Of a stretch of DNA of 64,000 bases, positions 9,286 to 17,795 are shown in pieces. Below the pieces are notes generated by a model. That model was not told where the DNA came from. It saw nothing but the letters and a program-made list of their open reading frames with translations, and did not search any database. A program made the translations under genes and the position numbers. Origin of the DNA: Candidatus Saccharimonadota bacterium (GTDB taxonomy: Bacteria; Patescibacteriota; Saccharimonadia; Saccharimonadales; JAXHMH01); NCBI GenBank assembly GCA_034521515.1, contig JAXHMH010000002.1:88379-152378 (forward strand), in the 5' to 3' direction. Each line of letters opens with the position of its first letter. Within the stretch, counting starts at the first letter, position 1.

Positions 9286-10404
9286 CTATTTTACCTTATC
9301 TATATGATTAATCTGAGCTTCAAACTGACCATCCCGCAATTGTACTGACACGTTTTGTCCGACACGTATTTTACTGACAGTACCCACCAACAAACCGCCG
9401 GCGCGTATGATAGCATAGCCACGTTTGAGCACCTGGGCTGGGTCGAGTAGACCCAATAGTTTGGTTTTTTGCTGAATATTCTGCTGTTCGTCTGATAACA
9501 AATCCCTGACCATTCTACGCAAATCGTACCGTTTATCTTGTGCGGCTTGCTTGTGCCGACTAACTGTCTGAGTTAGTGCTTGGGCTAGCTGTTTTTGGCT
9601 AGCTGGCAGCTGGCCAAGAACTTGATTTTTATCTGGTGTGAGCAGCTCTGCCGCATTACTTGGTGTACTGGCGCGTTGATCAGCCGCCAGTTCAACCAAA
9701 CTCACATCTACTTCATGCCCTATTGCCACCAACGTTGGAACCCGGCTGGCCGCCACTGCCCTAGTAACCTGTTCGGTACTAAAGGCTGCTAAATCGTCAG
9801 GGCTACCGCCGCCGCGAGTCATAACAATCAAGTCTAAATCCTCATGCGTATTTAGATATTCAAGTGCCGAAATTAATTGAGCCGGCGCAGACTCACCCTG
9901 AACCTGAGTATCGACCAACAATACTTCTATTCCACCCCACCTTGTGTTAAGTATTTTAATAAAATCATTATAGGCGGCTGATTCTTTGGAGGTTATCAAA
10001 CCTATTTTAGCAGGCGGAAACGGCAGAAGACGCTTGCGCTCGGCATCAAATAAGCCCTCGGATTTAAGTTTTGCCTCCAGGAGTGTAGCAGCCCGTTTCA
10101 ACGACCCTTCGCCGACTGGCTGAATTGACTGCACATTAACGCTAAACCCATACAACGAATGCAAGCGCGGATTTCCGCGTACTTGTAACATCATGCCATC
10201 TTCTAGCGGTCCAGGTAACTGATAGACCGTACCAAAAAATTTAACACTAGCATGCTCGTCTTTTAACGTAAAATACACCCACCGGTTTTTACTAACCCGC
10301 AAATTAGCCAGCTCACCGACCACGACGACATTAGGATACGCCATTTCTAATGTTTGATTAAGAACGGCAACGAAGTCGGTTGGTGAAAAGATAAGATCGT
10401 TCAT
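9286..10404 (-). CDS. xseA: exodeoxyribonuclease VII large subunit
   Basis: N-terminal OB fold (VVVGELANLRVSKNRWVYFTLKD) and catalytic core (IGLITSKESAAYNDF, MTRGGGSPDDL). Confidence 0.9.
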   Translation of the reverse strand: MNDLIFSPTDFVAVLNQTLEMAYPNVVVVGELANLRVSKNRWVYFTLKDEHASVKFFGTVYQLPGPLEDGMMLQVRGNPRLHSLYGFSVNVQSIQPVGEGSLKRAATLLEAKLKSEGLFDAERKRLLPFPPAKIGLITSKESAAYNDFIKILNTRWGGIEVLLVDTQVQGESAPAQLISALEYLNTHEDLDLIVMTRGGGSPDDLAAFSTEQVTRAVAASRVPTLVAIGHEVDVSLVELAADQRASTPSNAAELLTPDKNQVLGQLPASQKQLAQALTQTVSRHKQAAQDKRYDLRRMVRDLLSDEQQNIQQKTKLLGLLDPAQVLKRGYAIIRAGGLLVGTVSKIRVGQNVSVQLRDGQFEAQINHIDKVK

Positions 10405-11444
10405 GTTTCTTGTGGGTGCTTAGCTTGCAAATTTCGTTGATAAAAGAAGTATCCCGGCGGTATCTGAAGCCCCATACTTATTATCCTAAATGTCAGCACA
10501 ACTGGCAGACTCAAGCCAACCGGTACGCCAGCAGCAGCAAACACGCCAGTCATAAGCGCTTCGTAGATACCAATCCCTCCCGGCAACACCGAAATAATAC
10601 CGGCGAAGTTTGCAACAGCATACGCCAATATAATCGCACCTGGATTAACCACCTGGCCAAACGCCAAAAATACACTCCAAATGGCAAACACCTCAGAGAT
10701 ATTGGCTGCCGTTGCATAAACCAAAGGCCAACGCAACAAATTAACGTTCTCGCGCAATAATCGATAGTTGTCATGAAGCTCGGTGAACACCGTTTTAACG
10801 CTGTTAATCTTAATAGTTTCCGGATGTCGCGGCCTAATAACGTGTATTATTCGATTTACGGCAAGTGTCAAAGTTGTGAAGAAGCCATTTATTCGAGCCT
10901 TACTGCTAATAATGTAAACCGCCAGTACCGTACCAACGAACAGTAATGTGGCAAGTGAACCGGCCACAAGCATTACGAAACTATTTACGTCTCCCGCGAG
11001 CGCCAACAAAAACAATCCAACACCCAGTAAGAGCTGGAAAGAAATAAACAGCAACGCAAACCGCATGATTTGCACCAGGGTGGTTTTGCCGGCTTTAATG
11101 CCCTCTTTGCGTAGGCGCAAACCAAGATACGAAAAGCCACTGACGCCGGCGCTCGGGAAAATGTTGTTTACAAAATTCATCTCAAGACTGAGCCGAAACA
11201 TTGGTTTCGTCCGGAAACGATCACCCAAAATACGGAAAACACCTTGATATACTTTGCCCTGACAATAGTGATTTGTGGCTGCAAGCGGCACAATGAGCAA
11301 AATAAACCATAAGTTAACTTCCCGCAGATTACGCAGCGTATCGCCAATCTGCTCGCGCAAGGCGTATGCGGTACCCAATAACGCCAAGAACGTAACGATT
11401 GTAGCGATGGTTTTCCAGTCTTTTCGGCGAATTGTCTCAACCAT
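10401..11444 (-). CDS. polytopic membrane protein, UPF0104/flippase-like (LPG-synthase TM-region) family
   Basis: About 8 predicted TM helices. The track ORF starts at 11627 but would overlap the divergent gene. ATG 11444 (MVETIRRKDW) lies 9 nt after a TATAAT box. Confidence 0.6.
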   Translation of the reverse strand: MVETIRRKDWKTIATIVTFLALLGTAYALREQIGDTLRNLREVNLWFILLIVPLAATNHYCQGKVYQGVFRILGDRFRTKPMFRLSLEMNFVNNIFPSAGVSGFSYLGLRLRKEGIKAGKTTLVQIMRFALLFISFQLLLGVGLFLLALAGDVNSFVMLVAGSLATLLFVGTVLAVYIISSKARINGFFTTLTLAVNRIIHVIRPRHPETIKINSVKTVFTELHDNYRLLRENVNLLRWPLVYATAANISEVFAIWSVFLAFGQVVNPGAIILAYAVANFAGIISVLPGGIGIYEALMTGVFAAAGVPVGLSLPVVLTFRIISMGLQIPPGYFFYQRNLQAKHPQET

Positions 11445-11487
11445 TGATTCTATATTATAGCTTATTGGCCGTATACTGGTATGTAAT

Positions 11488-12849
11488 ATGGGTAAATCTG
11501 TTTGTATTTTAGGTCGCCAACCGGCATTAGGTTTAGCAGAACTTGAGAGTTTGTATGGCTCCGAAACCGTTTTGCCTATCGGCAATACTGGCGCTCTACT
11601 TAATCTTGAAGCCGACCACATCACCATGAGTCGGCTTGGCGGTAGCCTTAAACTTGGCCGTTACCTTACCGAACTGCCTTATACCGACTGGGGTCGGATT
11701 GAGCAGTTTTTAACCAAACAGTTGCCAGATTATACCGCCGACTTGGAGCCAGGTAAGATACGGCTAGGTCTGAGCCTCTACGGTTTTAATATTCATCCGC
11801 GCAAACTAAACGCCACCGGACTGACGCTAAAAAAAGCAATCCGTCAAACCAGTAAATCTGTCCGCGTCGTCCCCAACAAAACATCTGAGCTTAACGCTGC
11901 GCAGGTTATCCATAATCAACTTACCGGACCGAGCGGGTTTGAAGTATTGCTAATTAAACACCAAGATAAAACAATTGTGGCTCAAACTATCGCTGTACAA
12001 GATATCAATGCCTATGCCGCCCGTGACCAAGCTCGGCCAAAACGTGATGCTCGTGTCGGAATGCTGCCGCCAAAACTTGCACAAATTATTATAAACCTGG
12101 CAACAGGAGAAAAGAGTGTGGAGGCTGGAGAGTGGAAGTCAGGCTCAGCTACCGTGCTTGACCCGTTTTGCGGTACTGGTGTCGTGCTGCAGGAAACGAT
12201 GCTGATGGGCTATAACGCCTACGGCACTGATCTGGAGCCGCGTATGGTAGAGTACACCGCCACAAATCTAGATTGGCTGAATATCACATCTATCAAACAT
12301 CGGGTCAACCAGGGCGATGCCATGAATAAAGAGTGGGTCGAGCCGTTTAGCGTTATTGCGGGCGAGACCTATCTAGGTCGCCCCTTTTCTACTGTCCCGC
12401 GACCTGAAAAATTGCGTGAAGTCATGCAAGACGTAGATACCATTCACCGAGAATTCTTGCAAAACGTGGCGAGGCAGACCAAAAAAGGATTCCGTCTCTG
12501 CATTGCTGTCCCTGCCTGGTATCGCGGTGACACTGGCGGTGCCAGGGCTGTCAGGGCGAGTGCTGTGCACGGCGCAGATGAGCAACGGACTGAGCCGTAT
12601 ATAAAATACGGTGAAGGAGTAGCGCAATCTGCAACAAAGCACAGTGCCGCAAGCAAAGGCGGTGTTACGAGCACTGCTCGGAAGCAGGTCTTTGCGACTG
12701 ACAGATTCTGGCACCTGCCAGTACTTGATAATATCGAGGAATTGGGGTATACTCGGCAGAGTTTTGTTCACGTCTCAAAAGAAGACCTGATTTACCACCG
12801 AGAGGGGCAAATCGTCGGGCGCGAACTCGTAGTATTACAACGTAATTAA
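11488..12849 (+). CDS. SAM-dependent N-methyltransferase (UPF0020/Trm11-like fold) carrying a 63-codon structured insertion
   Basis: Motif I VLDPFCGTG, catalytic-loop region GETYLGRPF, and family-typical C-terminus LIYHREGQIVGRELVVLQR. Codons translating 12533-12721 are low-complexity (TGGARAVRASAVHGADEQ...). Confidence 0.75.
   Translation: MGKSVCILGRQPALGLAELESLYGSETVLPIGNTGALLNLEADHITMSRLGGSLKLGRYLTELPYTDWGRIEQFLTKQLPDYTADLEPGKIRLGLSLYGFNIHPRKLNATGLTLKKAIRQTSKSVRVVPNKTSELNAAQVIHNQLTGPSGFEVLLIKHQDKTIVAQTIAVQDINAYAARDQARPKRDARVGMLPPKLAQIIINLATGEKSVEAGEWKSGSATVLDPFCGTGVVLQETMLMGYNAYGTDLEPRMVEYTATNLDWLNITSIKHRVNQGDAMNKEWVEPFSVIAGETYLGRPFSTVPRPEKLREVMQDVDTIHREFLQNVARQTKKGFRLCIAVPAWYRGDTGGARAVRASAVHGADEQRTEPYIKYGEGVAQSATKHSAASKGGVTSTARKQVFATDRFWHLPVLDNIEELGYTRQSFVHVSKEDLIYHREGQIVGRELVVLQRN
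12533..12721 (+). other. structured element A: 189-nt (63-codon) in-frame insertion closed by a 20-bp terminal helix
   Basis: 12533-12545 pairs with 12708-12721 (13 bp, 1 bulge) and 12548-12554 pairs with 12698-12704 (7 bp). The core AGCAACGGACTGAGCCGTAT-ATAAA-ATACGGTGAAGGAGTAGCG is shared with element B. Confidence 0.6.
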
Positions 12850-12854
12850 CAACC

Positions 12855-13026
12855 CAGTCACTTAAGCCTCTTACTTGGATGCAGTACAAGGAAGTAACAA
12901 GTAGCGGATCGAGCCGTATGCACATACGGTGAGGAAGCAACGGAGTTACTGACGCAGTAATGCGCCAAGAAGTCAGCGGAGTTGCATGCTCCGCATGCAA
13001 GCAGGCTGACTGGTAAGAGGTTTAAG
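12855..13026 (+). promoter_or_regulatory. structured element B: rpmA 5' leader whose closing helix sequesters the Shine-Dalgarno
   Basis: 12861-12874 CTTAAGCCTCTTAC pairs with 13013-13026 GTAAGAGGTTTAAG (14 bp, one G.U that is valid only on the + strand). The 3' strand contains the SD AAGAGG and abuts ATG 13027. Internal hairpins lie at 12914-12929, 12946-12960 and 12982-13000. Confidence 0.55.
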
Positions 13027-13299
13027 ATGAGTAAAGTTAAAGCTGGTGGCTCAAGCAAGAATGTCCATGACAGTCCCGGACAAAGACTGGGCGTCAAACT
13101 ATTTGGCGGCCAAGAAGTTAAAACTGGTCAAGTAATCGTCCGTCAAACCGGCTCAACCAAACGCGCCGGTAAAGGCACATTTATTTCACGAAATTATACA
13201 ATCCACGCTGCAAAAGATGGGGTCGTCAAATTTACCAAGCGCCGTGTCCGCCGTTTTACTGGCAAAAGCGCACCGCGCACCGAAGTAACCGTCGAATAA
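13027..13299 (+). CDS. rpmA: 50S ribosomal protein L27
   Basis: MSKVKAGGSSKNVHDSPGQRLGVKLFGGQ... is canonical L27. The track ORF start at 12982 translates the leader, and ATG 13027 has the SD AAGAGG. Confidence 0.92.
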   Translation: MSKVKAGGSSKNVHDSPGQRLGVKLFGGQEVKTGQVIVRQTGSTKRAGKGTFISRNYTIHAAKDGVVKFTKRRVRRFTGKSAPRTEVTVE

Positions 13300-13307
13300 T
13301 TTCTGTA

Positions 13308-14333
13308 TTAGTTGCTACTAATATCTGAGATACGACTGTGTAAATCGTCCAGTGCAGAGCGTTCGGACGTACCGGCACGGATTAGTTCGTCTGCACCGTT
13401 TTCCAGCCGTCTTGTTACTTGAGTAAGCTCGTCCGCGAAATCTTGAAGCCTTGCTGTTGACAACGATCCATCTTCGGCTAAACGCATAAGCATCATTAGT
13501 TGGTTGCCGATATCATCCAGCCTAGCTACTCCTGGGAGGGATTCTACAGCTCCCTCTTGATCACGCAGAGATTGCATTTCTTTGCGCAATCCAGTGCTAA
13601 TTTCTCCAAAGTCATCGCGCAAATCTGCTATTTTTTCTATGTTTGCCTGAACCTCTTCATCGCATTGCTCTTGGTGCTCCTCTACAGACGCTGCTTCGCG
13701 TTCTTCTACATGCTGTTCTACGCCTTCTTCAGAGTAAGCCTTTTCAGGATCTTCGTTAATCTCGCCTACTCCTTCGACTAAGTGTGCTCGGTTATCGTCG
13801 ATAAGGAGTACAGCATCCTTTACCTCGGGCTCCATGCCCTGAACTGCCTCGAGTTTATTTGCTACCGCAGATTCTATGTTACGCTTTGTTAAAGAAAAAT
13901 TTTCTGCATAATCACGGAAAGCACTGCTCATATAGCCCAAATCGCTGGGGTCTACACTACTGCCATCATTCATACTAAACAATTGTGAACTTATGTTCTT
14001 GAAGCCATTTATTTGATCGTCAAGACTTCTAACCCATGTGTTTTGATCATTACTTTCTACTTGCAGATAGTTTAAGCGACTAGTAAGAGCTTCTTTTTTA
14101 GGCTCTGCTTGTTCAAATGCTGTCTCCAAAGCTACCGCACTCATTTGAGCCTTAACTTCCGGTGCTATAACCTCTGTCAAAGCCTTTAACCGCTCACTTT
14201 GCTCGGCTTCGCCTAAACCCTCTTGCGAAACCTGGATAACTTCCCGCAAGCCTTCGGCCTGGAGCAACTCGACAGTTTCTTGTGGTTCAAACTCAGCTTG
14301 TGGTGGTAGTGCTACTTTTTGTTCTTGAGACAT
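13308..14333 (-). CDS. acidic coiled-coil hypothetical protein (341 aa)
   Basis: Long ORF with a leaderless-type promoter directly upstream. No family recognised. Confidence 0.6.
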   Translation of the reverse strand: MSQEQKVALPPQAEFEPQETVELLQAEGLREVIQVSQEGLGEAEQSERLKALTEVIAPEVKAQMSAVALETAFEQAEPKKEALTSRLNYLQVESNDQNTWVRSLDDQINGFKNISSQLFSMNDGSSVDPSDLGYMSSAFRDYAENFSLTKRNIESAVANKLEAVQGMEPEVKDAVLLIDDNRAHLVEGVGEINEDPEKAYSEEGVEQHVEEREAASVEEHQEQCDEEVQANIEKIADLRDDFGEISTGLRKEMQSLRDQEGAVESLPGVARLDDIGNQLMMLMRLAEDGSLSTARLQDFADELTQVTRRLENGADELIRAGTSERSALDDLHSRISDISSN

Positions 14334-14339
14334 AGCTAC

Positions 14340-14368
14340 ATTATACTACATTATTGCTTAATAAGCAA
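14340..14368 (-). promoter_or_regulatory. sigma70-type promoter TTGCTT-N17-TATAAT, 6 nt before ATG 14333 (leaderless mRNA)
   Basis: The minus strand reads TTGCTTATTAAGCAATAATGTAGTATAATGTAGCT-ATG. Confidence 0.55.
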
Positions 14369-14470
14369 TAGCATTATTCCATATATAACGCACACCTTTA
14401 ACGTAACTGATTTTCGGTAATGTGACCTTAAAAAATGTGGACTCAGCTCTAAAGAATTTTCTAGATAATC

Positions 14471-15016
14471 TTACTCGGACTTTTCGCTTTTGGTGACATC
14501 AAGTACTAAACCTCCCAGCTTCCCAGTTTCAATCCCGGCATCTGTATCATGGTATCTAGCTTCGTGTATAAACTCCGGTTTGCCTTTCATGGCGTACATT
14601 ATTTCAAGTGGTTCAATATGCTTGTCCGTTCCGGTGTAGGCTTGCGGTAGCTTACAGTGCACCATCGATAACTCCTGATCAAACATGTCAAACGTTACCG
14701 ACTCCCCGTTGTCAGCCTGTCTAGTAATTTTATTAGGCTGATCTTTTGTGAGCGTATCAAACATGCGCTGTACGCGACCATTTTCTTTTGACCGGCTTCC
14801 ATACCCGTTCTCTACAGCACGATCATCATCTGGTGCTAAGACTCGTAGCTGTAGTGCTCCTTTTGGTAATTTTAGCGTGGTCAGTGGATCCATAACCACT
14901 GGATCAATGTCTCCGTTGGCAAATTCTACGATAGTTTTCTGATTATGGAGTAAGGTTGCATGGAAAGCTTTTTCTGAATCATAAAAACGTTCTGGGTTGT
15001 TTTTGTTTTCTGACAT
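14471..15016 (-). CDS. hypothetical protein (181 aa)
   Basis: ORF with a near-identical promoter architecture upstream. Confidence 0.55.
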   Translation of the reverse strand: MSENKNNPERFYDSEKAFHATLLHNQKTIVEFANGDIDPVVMDPLTTLKLPKGALQLRVLAPDDDRAVENGYGSRSKENGRVQRMFDTLTKDQPNKITRQADNGESVTFDMFDQELSMVHCKLPQAYTGTDKHIEPLEIMYAMKGKPEFIHEARYHDTDAGIETGKLGGLVLDVTKSEKSE

Positions 15017-15025
15017 GACGCACGT

Positions 15026-15054
15026 ATTATACTACAAAATTGTAGAATAAGCAA
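15026..15054 (-). promoter_or_regulatory. sigma70-type promoter TTGCTT-N17-TATAAT, 9 nt before ATG 15016
   Basis: The minus strand reads TTGCTTATTCTACAATTTTGTAGTATAATACGTGCGTC-ATG. It shares TTGCTTATT and GTAGTATAAT with the 14340-14368 promoter. Confidence 0.55.
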
Positions 15055-15091
15055 TAACGCTATAAAGCTACTACTATTTTACTGCTTACGA

Positions 15092-15991
15092 TCAGCTGCT
15101 CAGATGTTGTTTAATCTTGTCTACAACATCTGCGATCACAACCTGTGATTTAACGAGATAATCGTCTACGCCGAGTGATTTAGCTCGCTCTTTGTCACTT
15201 TCTTGACTTAGAGCTGTGAGCATAATCACCTTAACGTTGGTTGTTTCTGGTGTATTTCGCAAAATATCTAGCACGTCAAAGCCGCTGACCTTGGGCATCA
15301 TCACATCAAGCAAAATAAGATCTGGCTTATAATCCAACGCTGCAGAAAGCGCTTCTTCACCGTTAGGCACGCGCTGTGTCTTAAAACCCTCGGCATTCAA
15401 CCTAACTTCATAGGTGTTTGCGAGCGCATCATCATCTTCAACTAATAGGATCTTTTTGGGATGATTACCAGGAGTATCTGCTTGTGCAGCTTCAGCTGGT
15501 TGTTGCGATGTGTTTTCCGTGGCTGCCGGTGGCGTGGCTTGAGGTTCAGCTGTCTGGTTAGTTTCGGGTTGATTTACTGGCTGAGCTGGTTCGGGTGTAT
15601 CTGTAGGAGTCGCGGCGGGTTTGGTTTCATTATTTTGTTCAACCTCCGCCGCCGAGTCTGGCGTCACGTCGTCGGCTGGTGCTGAATTAGCGCTTGGTGT
15701 ATCTACGTTAACATCAGGAGTTGGTTCAACTTGTTGATTAGTTGCAGCTTGAGCTTCACCCGTATTTGCCTCTGTTTGATTTTCTGCTCCGGTAATGTCA
15801 GCTGGTGGCTCAGCAACCGGTGAAGGCTGAGTTGTTGAGTTATCTGCCGACGTAGTGTCTGTATCAGCAGGCGCAGTGTTCGGCTCTTGCGGCGCCGTAG
15901 ACTCCGTAGGTTGATTCATGTCCGAAGGTTGTTGTTTTTGATTCTGTTCATCCATAAGCATAATGCTACCCCAGACATTCATAAATATCAA
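15092..15991 (-). CDS. response-regulator receiver domain preceded by a ~175-aa Pro/Thr/Glu/Gln-rich disordered N-terminus
   Basis: Canonical receiver (ILLVEDDD, DLILLDVMMP, MLTAL, YLVKS). The exact start is uncertain (several Met in the first 13 codons). Confidence 0.75.
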   Translation of the reverse strand: MIFMNVWGSIMLMDEQNQKQQPSDMNQPTESTAPQEPNTAPADTDTTSADNSTTQPSPVAEPPADITGAENQTEANTGEAQAATNQQVEPTPDVNVDTPSANSAPADDVTPDSAAEVEQNNETKPAATPTDTPEPAQPVNQPETNQTAEPQATPPAATENTSQQPAEAAQADTPGNHPKKILLVEDDDALANTYEVRLNAEGFKTQRVPNGEEALSAALDYKPDLILLDVMMPKVSGFDVLDILRNTPETTNVKVIMLTALSQESDKERAKSLGVDDYLVKSQVVIADVVDKIKQHLSS

Positions 15992-16047
15992 CTACAGCCT
16001 GAGAAGCCGATTGAAATACATCTGTAGCGAAGTCCCCGACATCCAGG

Positions 16048-17643
16048 TTATTTTAAAGCTTTTATAAATCCGCTAAACATTGGGTGGGCGCGATTAGGAC
16101 GTGACTTAAACTCCGGGTGAAACTGGCTCGCCAAAAAGAATGGGTGATCGAGTCCTTCAATTATCTCTACCAAGTGACCGTCCGGACTGGTACCACTCGC
16201 TCTAATCCCCCAAGCTTGGTATTGATCTCGAAAATCGTTATTACACTCATAACGGTGACGGTGACGTTCTACAATGTTTGATGTTTTGTATACCTGTTCA
16301 GCTAAACTCTTTTTCACCAACTTACATGGATAATTACCCAGACGCATTGTGCCACCGGTATTTTCCTTGCCTTTTTGATCTGCCATAGTGTTAATCACCA
16401 AACACTTGCTGGTGTTGTCGAGTTCTTCAGAAGTCGCATCTTTGATTCCACCGTTGCGTGCAGCAGCCACTACTGCCATCTGTAGACCAAGGCATAGACC
16501 GAGATATGGAAGCTTGTTGGCGAGGGCATATCGAGCGGCGTTAATCTTACCTTCTAGCGCACGTGTACCAAACCCGCCAGGCACGACAACCCCGTCAATA
16601 TCCTGGAACACCGGGCTGAGATCTACGTCGCCTTCTAGCTTTTCAGCATTGATCCAGTGCAGATTTAGGTTTGTGTCATTCGCCCATGCAGCACTTTTGA
16701 GTGCCTCAAAAACCGACATATAGGTATCTTGGTTATCCATATATTTGGCGACAACTCCAATATCTACCGTGTTATTCTGCTTTGCCTTAGCACGATCCAC
16801 CATTTTGCGCCAATCTTTAAGGTGTGGTCTACTTACTCTTAAGTTTAGTCTCTTGGCTATAGTCTCGGTTATATTAGTGTCCTCTAGTGTAAGCGGCACT
16901 TCGTAAATACTCGAGGCATTAGGCAGCAGTGCTATGGCTTCTGGCGTTACACCGCTAAATAAGCTGAGTTTATTGATAACCGATTTAGGCGCCTTATCTT
17001 CACTTCGTGCCACCAATACATCCGGAACAATTCCGAGTCCTCTAAGGTCGCGAACAGCGTTCTGAGCCGGCTTTGTCTTCAGCTCACCGCTTGCACCAAG
17101 ATAAGGCAAATATACAACGTGCACGAACAAACTGTTTTCCCGACCAACCTCAAACGAGAGTTCACGGATGGCCTCAAGAAAACTCAATCCCTCATAATCA
17201 CCTACTGTACCGCCTATTTCTACAATATGGACATCAAACCCTTTGGCAGCCGCCTTGATTTGTTTCTGGATTGCCTTCGTAACATGCGGAATAAATTGCA
17301 CGGTTTTACCAAGATACTTACCACGGCGCTCGTCTTCAATGACTTGACGCAATACTCTCCCGCTCATCAAGCTACTGCTTTGCGTCAACTCTTGATCTAA
17401 AAACCTTTCATAATGCCCTAGATCCAAATCGGTTTCAGCACCATCCTTAGTAACAAAACACTCGCCGTGTTCTGCCGGATTTAGCGTACCAGCATCGGTG
17501 TTTAAATAAGGGTCGCACTTCTGAACGTTTACACTCAAGTTACGAGCTTTTAAGAGGTTGCCAATGGAAGCGGCCGTAATACCCTTTCCTAATCCAGAAA
17601 GCACACCACCAGTTACAAAAATGTATTTAGTCGGTTTTGCCAC
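16048..17643 (-). CDS. pyrG: CTP synthase
   Basis: KYIFVTGGVLSGLGKGI N-terminus and glutaminase domain GLCLGLQ. GTG start with AAGGGG upstream. Confidence 0.95.
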   Translation of the reverse strand: MAKPTKYIFVTGGVLSGLGKGITAASIGNLLKARNLSVNVQKCDPYLNTDAGTLNPAEHGECFVTKDGAETDLDLGHYERFLDQELTQSSSLMSGRVLRQVIEDERRGKYLGKTVQFIPHVTKAIQKQIKAAAKGFDVHIVEIGGTVGDYEGLSFLEAIRELSFEVGRENSLFVHVVYLPYLGASGELKTKPAQNAVRDLRGLGIVPDVLVARSEDKAPKSVINKLSLFSGVTPEAIALLPNASSIYEVPLTLEDTNITETIAKRLNLRVSRPHLKDWRKMVDRAKAKQNNTVDIGVVAKYMDNQDTYMSVFEALKSAAWANDTNLNLHWINAEKLEGDVDLSPVFQDIDGVVVPGGFGTRALEGKINAARYALANKLPYLGLCLGLQMAVVAAARNGGIKDATSEELDNTSKCLVINTMADQKGKENTGGTMRLGNYPCKLVKKSLAEQVYKTSNIVERHRHRYECNNDFRDQYQAWGIRASGTSPDGHLVEIIEGLDHPFFLASQFHPEFKSRPNRAHPMFSGFIKALK

Positions 17644-17795
17644 CGCTTTTTTACCCCTTATTTATGCCCTTAACTCTAGCATAGCCCCGCCCGAACCTAA
17701 AGTGTTTTATCTTATTAAAACTTCTTGCCTACCAATCCCAATTATCTAAAACGTGCTGTCATAGACTACTAACCCGCCTACTAGACCATATTTTC

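Noticed and set aside
12911-12934. GAGCCGTAT...ATACGGT resembling group II intron domain V (GAGCCGUAU...)
   Set aside because: Only the lower helix is present. There is no 2-nt bulge or upper helix, and no GUGYG 5' end, domain VI or intron-encoded protein nearby. The whole element is under 200 nt.
12373-13000. Minus-strand ORFs 12373..12771, 12444..12674 and 12665..13000 over elements A and B
   Set aside because: They are artefacts of palindromic sequence, which is open on both strands. They have no SD and no coherent protein features.
17768-17787. 20-nt similarity ACTAACCCG(C/T)CTAC(T/A)AG(A/C)C between 17768-17787 and 25808-25826, both upstream of minus-strand genes
   Set aside because: With 16/20 identity, a rough estimate gives hundreds to thousands of such matches expected by chance among all position pairs in 64 kb on both strands.
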